DNA from: a virus
Length of the DNA: 41,107 nt
Direction: 5' to 3' (one strand)
Virus record (IMG/VR): IMGVR_UViG_3300045988_093172
Shown here: piece after piece, positions 5,480-12,943 of the stretch
Layout: each line of letters begins with the position of its first letter
Numbering within the stretch: the first letter of the stretch is position 1
The notes under the pieces: generated by a model
Seen by the model: the letters and a program-made list of their open reading frames with translations, nothing else
Databases searched by the model: none
Told to the model about the DNA's origin: nothing
Translations under genes and position numbers: made by a program

Positions 5480-8041
5480 ATGATGACATTAGAACAACAA
5501 TTAGAACTTGAAAAGATGTACAAAGGCTTAGCAGAAAATCGTGCTTTGCAGGTGTTGAACAAGGCAAAAGCTGACGGGGCCTATGAACGGACAAAGGTTG
5601 GTCAAGGTGTCATGAATCACCTAGCAGAAACCTATACGAAAAACGTAGAAGCCTTTGTTACAGACTGCTTACAGCCGAAACGTGGGGTTCAACCTGCATA
5701 CGCAAAAATCGTCAAGGACTACGTACTGGCCCTAGGTGGAGACACACAGAAATTTTCAAGACTCTGTGCTACTTTGTCTCTTAAAATGGCCCTTAGTGCC
5801 ATGATGAGACGTTCCCATGTAGCTAACAATATTGGGGGTGCAATCGGTCTTGAACTGGAACCAGAAGTAGAAGCAATGGCTTTCTTTGCAGACAAGAACA
5901 ATGTCAAGCGTTTTAACAAGGCCATTAGCTCCCGTGTAGGCTTTTCCTATCGTAGAATCTTCATGGAACATGTCTATGAAGGTGTTGGATTTACCTTTGT
6001 CAAGCATACAGCGAAAGAAAGAACGTCTTTAGGTATGCAGTTGTTAGCTGTCCTAGTGGAAACGACGGACTTCTTTGTCTTTCAAGAAGTATCTGAAGAT
6101 GGCAAGACACAGCCTTTACAGTTACTTCCTACAGATATCTTCTTAAAAGCGATAGCCAATGCAGAAGACAAGAGTATCAGCCTAGCTATTACGTATGTAC
6201 CGACTATCATCCCTCCGAAACCATGGACTAGCATGTGGGACGGGGGTTACTATGGGGCTTTGTCTCAGAATAAAACCTTAATGCGTTACATCCCCTATGC
6301 AAGGTCTTCACAGACACGCAAGTTATACACTAGTAGACTCAATGAACTTGATCTATCTAGTTTATACTCAGCTGTCAATGCGATTCAAGCAACGGCCTAT
6401 AGAATCAACAAACCCGTGCTGGACATTCTCAAGTATTACCTAAGTATCGGCGGTGGCATTGCAGGACTAGCAGAGACAAAACCACTTGAACAGCTTCCAC
6501 GGTTCCCTCATGCCTATGAAGACATTAAGGAAGATGAAGAACTACTCAAGGCGTTCAAGGCACACAAAAAGAAGATGGTAGAAGTTGTACACAAGGAAAA
6601 TCAGCGAAAAGGGAAAGCCCTGAGAGCTGTCATGATTCTGAAGACCGCTGAAGATTTTGCTAAGTATGACTCAATCTGGTTCCCCATGAACATTGACTTT
6701 CGGGGCCGTGTCTATCCGATTCCTACGGGTCTCAACCCTCAAGGGGACGACATGACAAAATCCTTATTACAGTACGCTAACCCCGTCCCTGTGTCTACTG
6801 AAGACGCTCCCGACGCTATCAATTGGTTAGCAATCCACGGGGCAGGACTGGCAGGTCACGACAAGATTCCTCTGGAAGACCGTGTAGCATGGGTAGAGGA
6901 AAACAAGCAGAACATTTTGTCTAGTGCTGAAAATCCGCTGGACTTCCCATGGTGGCAGGAGCAGGACAAGCCATGGCAGTTCTTAGCGTGGGCCATGGAG
7001 TACAAACGGGCCTTAGAATACCTTGACAGCCATGGAACCCTAGCAGGTTTTGACTGCCGTTGTACAATCGCTTACGACGGGACTTGCTCAGGACTCCAGC
7101 ATTACAGTTGTCTGCTCCGTGACCCTGTAGGCGGTTCCGCTGTCAACTTGATTGACCACGATAAACCTTCAGATATTTATAGAGAAGTTTCGGATAAGGT
7201 ATTGACAATGGTCAAGAAAGATGTTATGGAAGGAACCACAAAAGGCAAGGAACGAAAAGACGGCACATTTGGGCCAGGGACAAAGCAAATGGCAGAAGCA
7301 TGGCTGGCACATGGCATTAATCGGAAAGTGTGCAAGCGCCCCGTCATGACCCTAGCTTACGGGAGTGGTCAATACGGATTCGCTGACCAAATCTATGAAG
7401 ACACCACGAGGGACAACCCCCACTTTGCAGGTGTCGGGGATAGACAAGCCGCTCAGTACCTAGCTAAGTTGACATGGAAGGCTGTACAGACAACCGTTGT
7501 AGCCGCTATTGAAGGTATGGAATGTTTGAAGAAGATTGCCACGGCCCTTGCAAAAGCCGATATGCCTGTCGAATGGGTAACACCTATGGGGCTTCCAATT
7601 CAGCAGATGTATCTAGCACGAAAGACAGAATCTTTCCAGCTCCGCCTAGGAAATGCTTCTACACGCTACCGTATCTACGTAACGACGGTTAGCGAAAACG
7701 AGGATGTAGACAGACACAAGCAAGCAACAGGGGTAGCTCCCAATTTCATCCACTCCCTCGACGCTACTCACTTGATGATGAGCATTAATGAAGCAAGTAA
7801 AGAAGGGTGTGTGAACTTCAGTACCGTTCATGATTCTTTCGGAACGTCCCTCGGTGAAGCGGCTCGATTACGCCGTATTATCAGACAACAGATGGTTAAG
7901 TTGTACACGGAGCATGATCCCTTAGCGGATTTCCTGAGACACGCTGAAGAGCTGTTAGGGGAACCACTGGACATTGAACTTCCTAAAAAGGGTTCCTTAG
8001 ACATTAACTGTATCTTAGATAGCAAGTTCGTTTTTCACTAG
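5480..8041 (+). CDS. Single-subunit DNA-directed RNA polymerase (T7 gp1-like, 853 aa)
   Basis: YDGTCSGLQHYSCLLRD, KRPVMTLAYGS and TVHDSFGT match the T7 RNAP palm motifs FDGSCSGIQHFSAMLRD, KRSVMTLAYGS and VHDSFGT. Start placed at ATG 5480 (RBS AGGAGGAGG) rather than 5450, which lies inside the promoter. Confidence 0.97.
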   Translation: MMTLEQQLELEKMYKGLAENRALQVLNKAKADGAYERTKVGQGVMNHLAETYTKNVEAFVTDCLQPKRGVQPAYAKIVKDYVLALGGDTQKFSRLCATLSLKMALSAMMRRSHVANNIGGAIGLELEPEVEAMAFFADKNNVKRFNKAISSRVGFSYRRIFMEHVYEGVGFTFVKHTAKERTSLGMQLLAVLVETTDFFVFQEVSEDGKTQPLQLLPTDIFLKAIANAEDKSISLAITYVPTIIPPKPWTSMWDGGYYGALSQNKTLMRYIPYARSSQTRKLYTSRLNELDLSSLYSAVNAIQATAYRINKPVLDILKYYLSIGGGIAGLAETKPLEQLPRFPHAYEDIKEDEELLKAFKAHKKKMVEVVHKENQRKGKALRAVMILKTAEDFAKYDSIWFPMNIDFRGRVYPIPTGLNPQGDDMTKSLLQYANPVPVSTEDAPDAINWLAIHGAGLAGHDKIPLEDRVAWVEENKQNILSSAENPLDFPWWQEQDKPWQFLAWAMEYKRALEYLDSHGTLAGFDCRCTIAYDGTCSGLQHYSCLLRDPVGGSAVNLIDHDKPSDIYREVSDKVLTMVKKDVMEGTTKGKERKDGTFGPGTKQMAEAWLAHGINRKVCKRPVMTLAYGSGQYGFADQIYEDTTRDNPHFAGVGDRQAAQYLAKLTWKAVQTTVVAAIEGMECLKKIATALAKADMPVEWVTPMGLPIQQMYLARKTESFQLRLGNASTRYRIYVTTVSENEDVDRHKQATGVAPNFIHSLDATHLMMSINEASKEGCVNFSTVHDSFGTSLGEAARLRRIIRQQMVKLYTEHDPLADFLRHAEELLGEPLDIELPKKGSLDINCILDSKFVFH

Positions 8042-8050
8042 TGCGACTAG

Positions 8051-8104
8051 AGAAGGAAGTAAGTAGAGACAAAGGTCTTACCTCTTACTTCCTTCTTCTT
8101 TTTC
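8051..8104 (+). terminator. Intrinsic terminator after the RNAP gene
   Basis: AGAAGGAAGTAAG (8051-8063) pairs with CTTACTTCCTTCT (8084-8096) and is followed by TCTTTTT. Confidence 0.7.
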
Positions 8105-8124
8105 TATTAAGAACACCTGTTTGG

Positions 8125-8147
8125 CTAATTGTCACACATACAGAGGA
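8125..8147 (+). promoter_or_regulatory. Phage RNAP promoter
   Basis: CTAATTGTCACACATACAGAGGA, preceded by GTTTGG as at two other copies. Confidence 0.8.
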
Positions 8148-8151
8148 ACCC

Positions 8152-8233
8152 CCTAAGTATTCCTAAGTAACTAAAGGAAGACTAATTAGGTTTAAGTAGG
8201 AGTAAGTATAGTTAAGTATTCCTAAGTATTCCT
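8152..8233. repeat. Array of 10-bp-phased TAAGTA(T)TCC repeats between tandem phage promoters
   Basis: AAGTA starts at 8155, 8165, 8194, 8204, 8214 and 8224. The 13-mer CCTAAGTATTCCT occurs at 8152, 8221 and again at 40840. Confidence 0.7.
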
Positions 8234-8243
8234 AGGGCTGAGA

Positions 8244-8266
8244 TTAATTGTCACACATACAAGGAA
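8244..8266 (+). promoter_or_regulatory. Phage RNAP promoter
   Basis: TTAATTGTCACACATACAAGGAA. Confidence 0.8.
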
Positions 8267-8301
8267 AGAAAAACTACTACTACTCTACCTCTGTGTCTAT
8301 C

Positions 8302-8317
8302 CCAAACACATGTTTGG
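8302..8317. promoter_or_regulatory. Palindrome CCAAACA-CA-TGTTTGG abutting a phage promoter
   Basis: It ends one base before the promoter at 8318 and has the same CCAAAC-N4-GTTTGG geometry as 5430-5445. Confidence 0.5.
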
Positions 8318-8340
8318 TTAATTGTCACACATACAGAGGA
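8318..8340 (+). promoter_or_regulatory. Phage RNAP promoter (consensus copy)
   Basis: TTAATTGTCACACATACAGAGGA, identical to the copy at 40764. Confidence 0.85.
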
Positions 8341-8371
8341 AAGGACACAAAATTTTCAAGGAGGTAAGGAC

Positions 8372-8812
8372 ATGAGCAACCAGAAGAAAGTCTTACGTGA
8401 TTTTGAAATCGTCCGTGTAGATGTGCAGGATTTTGACCAGATTGAAGGCAATTATGCATACGGAGAAATCCTGAGGCACATGACAGACTTTTTTGGTGTC
8501 TTGTGCTATGAAGTGCGCTTGCGAGGGACTGATGTGTCTATCATTGTCAACTGGGACAAGGTGCAGAGAGTCGCAGAAGAAGACAACAAGCATGACAAGC
8601 ACTACTTAGAAGCTGTTGTAGAGCCTATCAAGGTCATGGAAAAGATGTTTACCAAAGAAGAACTTAAAGGCTTTATCAAAGGTAACATTTTGAAATACCG
8701 CTTACGCATGGGACACAAGGACGACATTCAGAAAGAAATGGATAAAATCCGTGTCTATGAGCAGTGGTTGGAGAAGCTGGAAAGAGGTGAAGCACTGATA
8801 GATGAGAACTAG
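8372..8812 (+). CDS. DUF3310-like domain protein (146 aa)
   Basis: The C-terminal half, HYLEAVVEPIKVMEKMF...GNILKYRLRMGHKD...KIRVYEQWL, fits the DUF3310 pattern (HY..EPI....gN..KY..R...K). RBS is AAGGAGG. Confidence 0.6.
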   Translation: MSNQKKVLRDFEIVRVDVQDFDQIEGNYAYGEILRHMTDFFGVLCYEVRLRGTDVSIIVNWDKVQRVAEEDNKHDKHYLEAVVEPIKVMEKMFTKEELKGFIKGNILKYRLRMGHKDDIQKEMDKIRVYEQWLEKLERGEALIDEN

Positions 8813-9308
8813 AAAACCTTTGTCTATCGTATTCAAACCCTTACGGGATGATATTGAAGTACCTCAAATCAAGACACAAGGTTCCGCAGGGGCAGACATT
8901 GTGATTCCCGACGATGTAACCATTGAGCCTTTTAGTCTTATTGGTAAGGGTACATTAGTTCCCTTGGGGTTCTCTTTAGATATTCCTGAAGGGATGCAAG
9001 TACATATCATGTTACGGTCAAGTGTTGGCTTGAAGACCCCTATCCGTTTGTCTAATGGTGTTGGTCTGATTGATTCAGATTACAAGGGCGAACTCTGCTT
9101 ACTACTTGATAATTTGTCTAAAAATTCAATTCACATCAAAAGTGGGACTCGAATAGCGCAATTAGTGCCGTTTCCTACCTTAAAGTGGGAGTTCGAGTTA
9201 ATTGTCACACATACAGGGGAAAGAAAGCATTTCAACCCTATCCAAAATACTAAGCGCAGTGGTGGCTTTGGGTCTACCACAAGAACAAAAGGAGACAAAA
9301 GCAAATGA
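8802..9308 (+). CDS. dut: dUTP diphosphatase (trimeric dUTPase)
   Basis: The five dUTPase motifs are recognisable: GSAGADI, LRSSVGLK, GLIDSDYKGEL, RIAQL and RSGGFGST. Confidence 0.9.
   Translation: MRTRKPLSIVFKPLRDDIEVPQIKTQGSAGADIVIPDDVTIEPFSLIGKGTLVPLGFSLDIPEGMQVHIMLRSSVGLKTPIRLSNGVGLIDSDYKGELCLLLDNLSKNSIHIKSGTRIAQLVPFPTLKWEFELIVTHTGERKHFNPIQNTKRSGGFGSTTRTKGDKSK
9198..9220 (+). promoter_or_regulatory. Phage RNAP promoter embedded in the 3' part of the dUTPase coding sequence
   Basis: TTAATTGTCACACATACAGGGGA, read as codons for ELIVTHTGE. Confidence 0.75.
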
Positions 9309-9844
9309 AAATTAAAGGTAAAGCATATTGGGCAAAAATTAGAACACCTGAAACATACAACGGCCAGCCTGTAGGCTTCTCGATGCAGGTTTTGATGCCC
9401 GATGAAAACTTAGCAAAAATGAAAGCCTACTTTGAAGGCAAATGCAAAGAAGAATTTGCAGGCAAGAAGATGTTAGGTGACATCACAATGCCGATTAAAA
9501 CCACAGACGATGGTCTGGAAATGGTCAAGGTAAAAACGAAGCACGTGTATAAAGACAAGGCGACAGGAGTAGAAAAACCGAAGGTTATCCCTGTATACAA
9601 TGAATACGGCGAACTGATTCCCGAAGACGTTCTTATTGGTAACGGTTCCGACGTAGAAGTTGTCGTCAATCCCAAACTGTACTATGAAAGCACAAAGAAG
9701 TGGGGCGTTCGCCTGTACCTTCAGTGCTTGATGGTTACAAATCTCGTTAAGTATTCTAAAGACGGTTCCGACGAACTGACATTTAAGAAACGAGATGCAG
9801 AGGATGAAACAGAAACCACGCTGGACGACGAGGTAGACTTCTAA
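9305..9844 (+). CDS. Single-stranded DNA-binding protein, T7 gp2.5-like
   Basis: Size and position match T7 gp2.5. It has an OB-like core (IGNGSDVEVVVNPKLY...WGVRLYLQCLMV) and an acidic C-terminal tail ending in an aromatic residue (ETETTLDDEVDF), as in T7 gp2.5. Confidence 0.75.
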   Translation: MKIKGKAYWAKIRTPETYNGQPVGFSMQVLMPDENLAKMKAYFEGKCKEEFAGKKMLGDITMPIKTTDDGLEMVKVKTKHVYKDKATGVEKPKVIPVYNEYGELIPEDVLIGNGSDVEVVVNPKLYYESTKKWGVRLYLQCLMVTNLVKYSKDGSDELTFKKRDAEDETETTLDDEVDF

Positions 9845-9845
9845 G

Positions 9846-10316
9846 TTGTTCACAGGCGGTTTCCATACACCTGCTAAGACAAAACGAAGTAAGTATGAAG
9901 ACACGCTTACTGCTAACCTTGACAAAAAGAATAAAGAATACCATTACGAAGAGTTCTCTCTGGAGTACACGGTAAAGCACAAATATACCCCTGATTTTGT
10001 CTTGCCAAATGGCATTATTGTCGAGGCTAAGAACGGGGAAGGTGGCTTTGTCCGTGTTGGTAAAAAAGGGGGATTCTACAGAGGCTCATTGGATAGTGAA
10101 GCACGAGGGAAGATGCTGAAGGTAAAACGACAGTATCCCGAACTTGATATTCGCTTTGTCTTTCCTAAAGACTTTAAATTTCAGAGTTTGAAGACAACGG
10201 CGAGTAAGTGGTGCGAGAAGAATGGCTTTAAGTATCACATTGGAAACACGATCCCTGAGTCTTGGTTTAAAGAAGAGGGCCAAATTAGCCCCAAACTAAA
10301 AAAGAAAGGAAAGTGA
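9846..10316 (+). CDS. Endonuclease I (T7 gp3-like Holliday-junction resolvase)
   Basis: EYHYEEFSLEYTVKHKYTPDFVLPNGIIVEAKN matches T7 endonuclease I (KFEYEEWKVPY...HTYTPDFLLPNGIFVETKG). The only available start is TTG 9846. Confidence 0.85.
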   Translation: MFTGGFHTPAKTKRSKYEDTLTANLDKKNKEYHYEEFSLEYTVKHKYTPDFVLPNGIIVEAKNGEGGFVRVGKKGGFYRGSLDSEARGKMLKVKRQYPELDIRFVFPKDFKFQSLKTTASKWCEKNGFKYHIGNTIPESWFKEEGQISPKLKKKGK

Positions 10317-10317
10317 C

Positions 10318-10683
10318 ATGTTTAAATTCAGAGACAGAGAAGAAACTCTCTTCTACTCCTTTGTCTATAAAGAACTCGAAGGAAGAACTGTCTCCGAACT
10401 GTTGAAGGAAGCACGAAGAAAAGGAGCGTTTTCGTTACCGTATCACGCTGTAGTTCTCAAGAATGGCGAACTCGACCTCATGCGTCCGTTTGAAGCAGTC
10501 GGGGGTAGCGAACTTCCTTATAGTGCTTGTGGCGTTTATATTCTCGTGGATGCTGAATCTAAAGAGTCCTTATCGGCTTTACAGAAGAAGCGACTGGACG
10601 ATTTAGTTCAGATGTTCCACGAGGACTATGCAGACATCGTAGAGGAAGAGTTCAACAAAGATGAATTACAGCGAACCGATTAA
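10318..10683 (+). CDS. Short T7 gp3.5 (lysozyme/amidase)-like protein (121 aa), possibly non-catalytic
   Basis: It aligns by eye to T7 lysozyme (FKFRDRE / FKQRES, PYHAVVLKNGE / GYHFIIKRDGT, AVGG / AVGS, GVYILV / GVCLVG). It has Y where T7 has zinc ligand H17 and ends before the C130 region. Confidence 0.5.
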   Translation: MFKFRDREETLFYSFVYKELEGRTVSELLKEARRKGAFSLPYHAVVLKNGELDLMRPFEAVGGSELPYSACGVYILVDAESKESLSALQKKRLDDLVQMFHEDYADIVEEEFNKDELQRTD

Positions 10684-12256
10684 GACACACCTCCCTTGCC
10701 CTGACTGTGGTTCCTCGGATGCCCTGACAGAATACAGTGATGGTCACACATACTGCTTCTCCTGTCAAACGGTACGAGGAGCTACAACACAGGGGACACA
10801 TACAGCCGACCTTATACCTCTCACTTCTTTGTCTATTACTCCTCTAAAGCGGCGTGGAATCATGTCTACCACATGTGAAAAGTACCACTACTATACAGGT
10901 TATCACAATGGGAAACCTGTGCAGGTAGCGTGTTACTTTGACGACGCAGGGGAGCTGATAGGCCAGAAAGTACGGTATCAAGACAAAACGTTTGAGACGA
11001 TTGGTAAAATTTCCAAGCGTTTCTTTGGTCAAGAGCTTTTTGAGAGTAGAGGCAAGCTGGTAATCACAGAGGGTGAGATTGATTGTCTCACTGTGTCACA
11101 ACTACAAAATAACAAATATCCCGTTGTGTCTATCCCTTGTGGGGTGGCCTCGGCAAAGAAAGTATTGACACACAACATGGAGTGGCTATCACAGTTTGAT
11201 GAGGTCATTTTGATGTTTGATATGGATGAAGCAGGAAGGAAGGCCATCAAGGAATGTGCTGGACTCCTGAAGGATTTGAAGGTGGCTAATTTACCACTGA
11301 AAGACCCTAATGAATGTCTATTAGCTAACAAAGGGCAGTCCGTCATCAATGCTATCTGGAACGCTAAAGCATACAAGCCAGACGGTATTGTAAACGGAGC
11401 TGACCTCTGGGAGATGGTAGACAGCGAAGAAGACGAAATGTGCTATACATACCCTTGGGATATTCCACTAAACGACATGACAAAGGGCCTCCGAAAGGGG
11501 GAACTCGTTGTCGTTACCGCAGGTACAGGGGTAGGCAAGACTACGTTTGTAAGACAAATCATGTATGACTTGGGGGTCAAGAAAAACCTCAAAGTAGGAT
11601 GTATGATGCTTGAGGAAAATGTAAAGCGCACCTCCGTGGGACTTATGTCTATACACACGGGAGTACGCTTGCACTTATCAAGACACGCTATCAGTGAAGA
11701 AGAGTATCGGAAGGCATTTGATGAGACACTGGGGACAGGAAACTACGTACTCTACAATCACTTTGGAAGTCTTGAGGGTGACAACTTACTAAACAAGATT
11801 CGATATTTAGCTATTTCTGAGGAGTGTGACTTCATCGTTCTCGACCATGTGTCTATTGCTATCTCTGGTTTGGAGGGGGACAATGAGCGAAAACTGATTG
11901 ACTACCTCATGACACAGATGAGAAGCATTGTAGAAGAGACAGGGGTGGGCATGATTGTCATATCACACTTGCGAAGACCTGACAACTCTCAGAAGTCTCA
12001 TGAAGAAGGTGGTATTACCTCGCTGGCACAGCTCAGAGGCTCCCACGCTATCTCACAGCTTTCAGACATCGTACTGGGGCTGGAAAGGAATCAGCAGGAG
12101 TCCAATGAAGAGCTGAGAAACACCACTCGTGTACGTGTCTTAAAGAACCGCTTCACAGGTGAGACTGGCATAGGAGGCTACCTGACATACAACAGAAAAA
12201 CAGATCGCTTGGAAATAGCAGAGAAGGAAGAAGATGATGATGAAGCAGAATTTTAA
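10661..12256 (+). CDS. Bifunctional primase-helicase (T7 gp4-like)
   Basis: Contains a zinc ribbon (CPDCGSSDA...CFSC), a TOPRIM motif (EGEIDCLT, FDMDEAG), a Walker A motif (GTGVGKTT) and a DnaB-like C-terminal domain (VLDHVS, ISHLRR). Confidence 0.95.
   Translation: MNYSEPIKTHLPCPDCGSSDALTEYSDGHTYCFSCQTVRGATTQGTHTADLIPLTSLSITPLKRRGIMSTTCEKYHYYTGYHNGKPVQVACYFDDAGELIGQKVRYQDKTFETIGKISKRFFGQELFESRGKLVITEGEIDCLTVSQLQNNKYPVVSIPCGVASAKKVLTHNMEWLSQFDEVILMFDMDEAGRKAIKECAGLLKDLKVANLPLKDPNECLLANKGQSVINAIWNAKAYKPDGIVNGADLWEMVDSEEDEMCYTYPWDIPLNDMTKGLRKGELVVVTAGTGVGKTTFVRQIMYDLGVKKNLKVGCMMLEENVKRTSVGLMSIHTGVRLHLSRHAISEEEYRKAFDETLGTGNYVLYNHFGSLEGDNLLNKIRYLAISEECDFIVLDHVSIAISGLEGDNERKLIDYLMTQMRSIVEETGVGMIVISHLRRPDNSQKSHEEGGITSLAQLRGSHAISQLSDIVLGLERNQQESNEELRNTTRVRVLKNRFTGETGIGGYLTYNRKTDRLEIAEKEEDDDEAEF
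10738..10760 (+). promoter_or_regulatory. Weak candidate internal phage promoter inside the primase gene
   Basis: TGATGGTCACACATACTGCTTCT shares the 11-mer GTCACACATAC with the promoter core, but the upstream AT-rich part (3 of 5) and the initiation region differ. Confidence 0.2.
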
Positions 12257-12725
12257 AATTCCTGTGTATTCTCATGGTGTCACGCTGAATGAAATCCCTG
12301 ACAAAATCTCACTGGTCATTAACTTAGGAAAATGTGAATGTCATTGCAAGGGGTGTCACAGTGATTACCTGTGGGATACACATGAGTGTGATGAACAGAC
12401 ACCAGAAGAGCTTTTGTCTCTCATCAAGAGCTACAAGAGTGTTACCAATACGGTACTCTTCATGGGTGGTAATCGTAATCACATGGACTTTGAAGAATTT
12501 GCTGATAGTGTACTGAAGCCTCTCCACAACTTAGGTATCAACATTGGTATCTACTTGGGAGCTTGGGATGCTATGGATTTATTCACAGCTTGTAAGTATT
12601 GCCGCTGGGTAAAAGTGGGCGCATACAGAGAAGAGCTGGGAGGTCTGGACAATCCCGACACGAACCAGTTGTTCCTCGAAGTACAGAACTATAAATTTCA
12701 CAAGGGAGACACAGGATGGAAGTAA
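12234..12725 (+). CDS. nrdG: Anaerobic ribonucleotide reductase activating protein (radical SAM, NrdG-like)
   Basis: GKCECHCKGCHSDYLW carries the CX3CX2C cluster motif in the NrdG context GC...C.GCHN..W. The gene lies adjacent to nrdD. Confidence 0.75.
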   Translation: MMMKQNFKIPVYSHGVTLNEIPDKISLVINLGKCECHCKGCHSDYLWDTHECDEQTPEELLSLIKSYKSVTNTVLFMGGNRNHMDFEEFADSVLKPLHNLGINIGIYLGAWDAMDLFTACKYCRWVKVGAYREELGGLDNPDTNQLFLEVQNYKFHKGDTGWK

Positions 12726-12943
12726 GCATTTATGTCATTAAAGATTGTATGTATTGTGACACACTACTTAAAGGACTTCCAAAGGTGGTCAAGAAATTCC
12801 CGAACGTAGCTTTTAAGGTAACGTGTGTGACTGAATCAAAAGAATTTGAATTGTTCCCTACAGTAGTTGTGGGAGATAAAACTTTGTCTCCGTGCATTTA
12901 TGCAGAGGACATGGAGAAAGAGGTGAGAAATGCCCTTACTTAA
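12716..12943 (+). CDS. Glutaredoxin/NrdH-like small redox protein (75 aa)
   Basis: The N-terminal beta-strand plus CxxC (IYVIKDCMYCDTL) and the protein size fit the glutaredoxin fold. It sits between nrdG and nrdD. Confidence 0.6.
   Translation: MEVSIYVIKDCMYCDTLLKGLPKVVKKFPNVAFKVTCVTESKEFELFPTVVVGDKTLSPCIYAEDMEKEVRNALT

Noticed and set aside
12749-12775. GTATTGTGACACACTACTTAAAGGA inside the glutaredoxin-like gene, resembling the promoter.
   Set aside because: It needs a 1-nt shift in the core and has several mismatches. It is explained by the codons for CMYCDTLLKG, including the CxxC motif.
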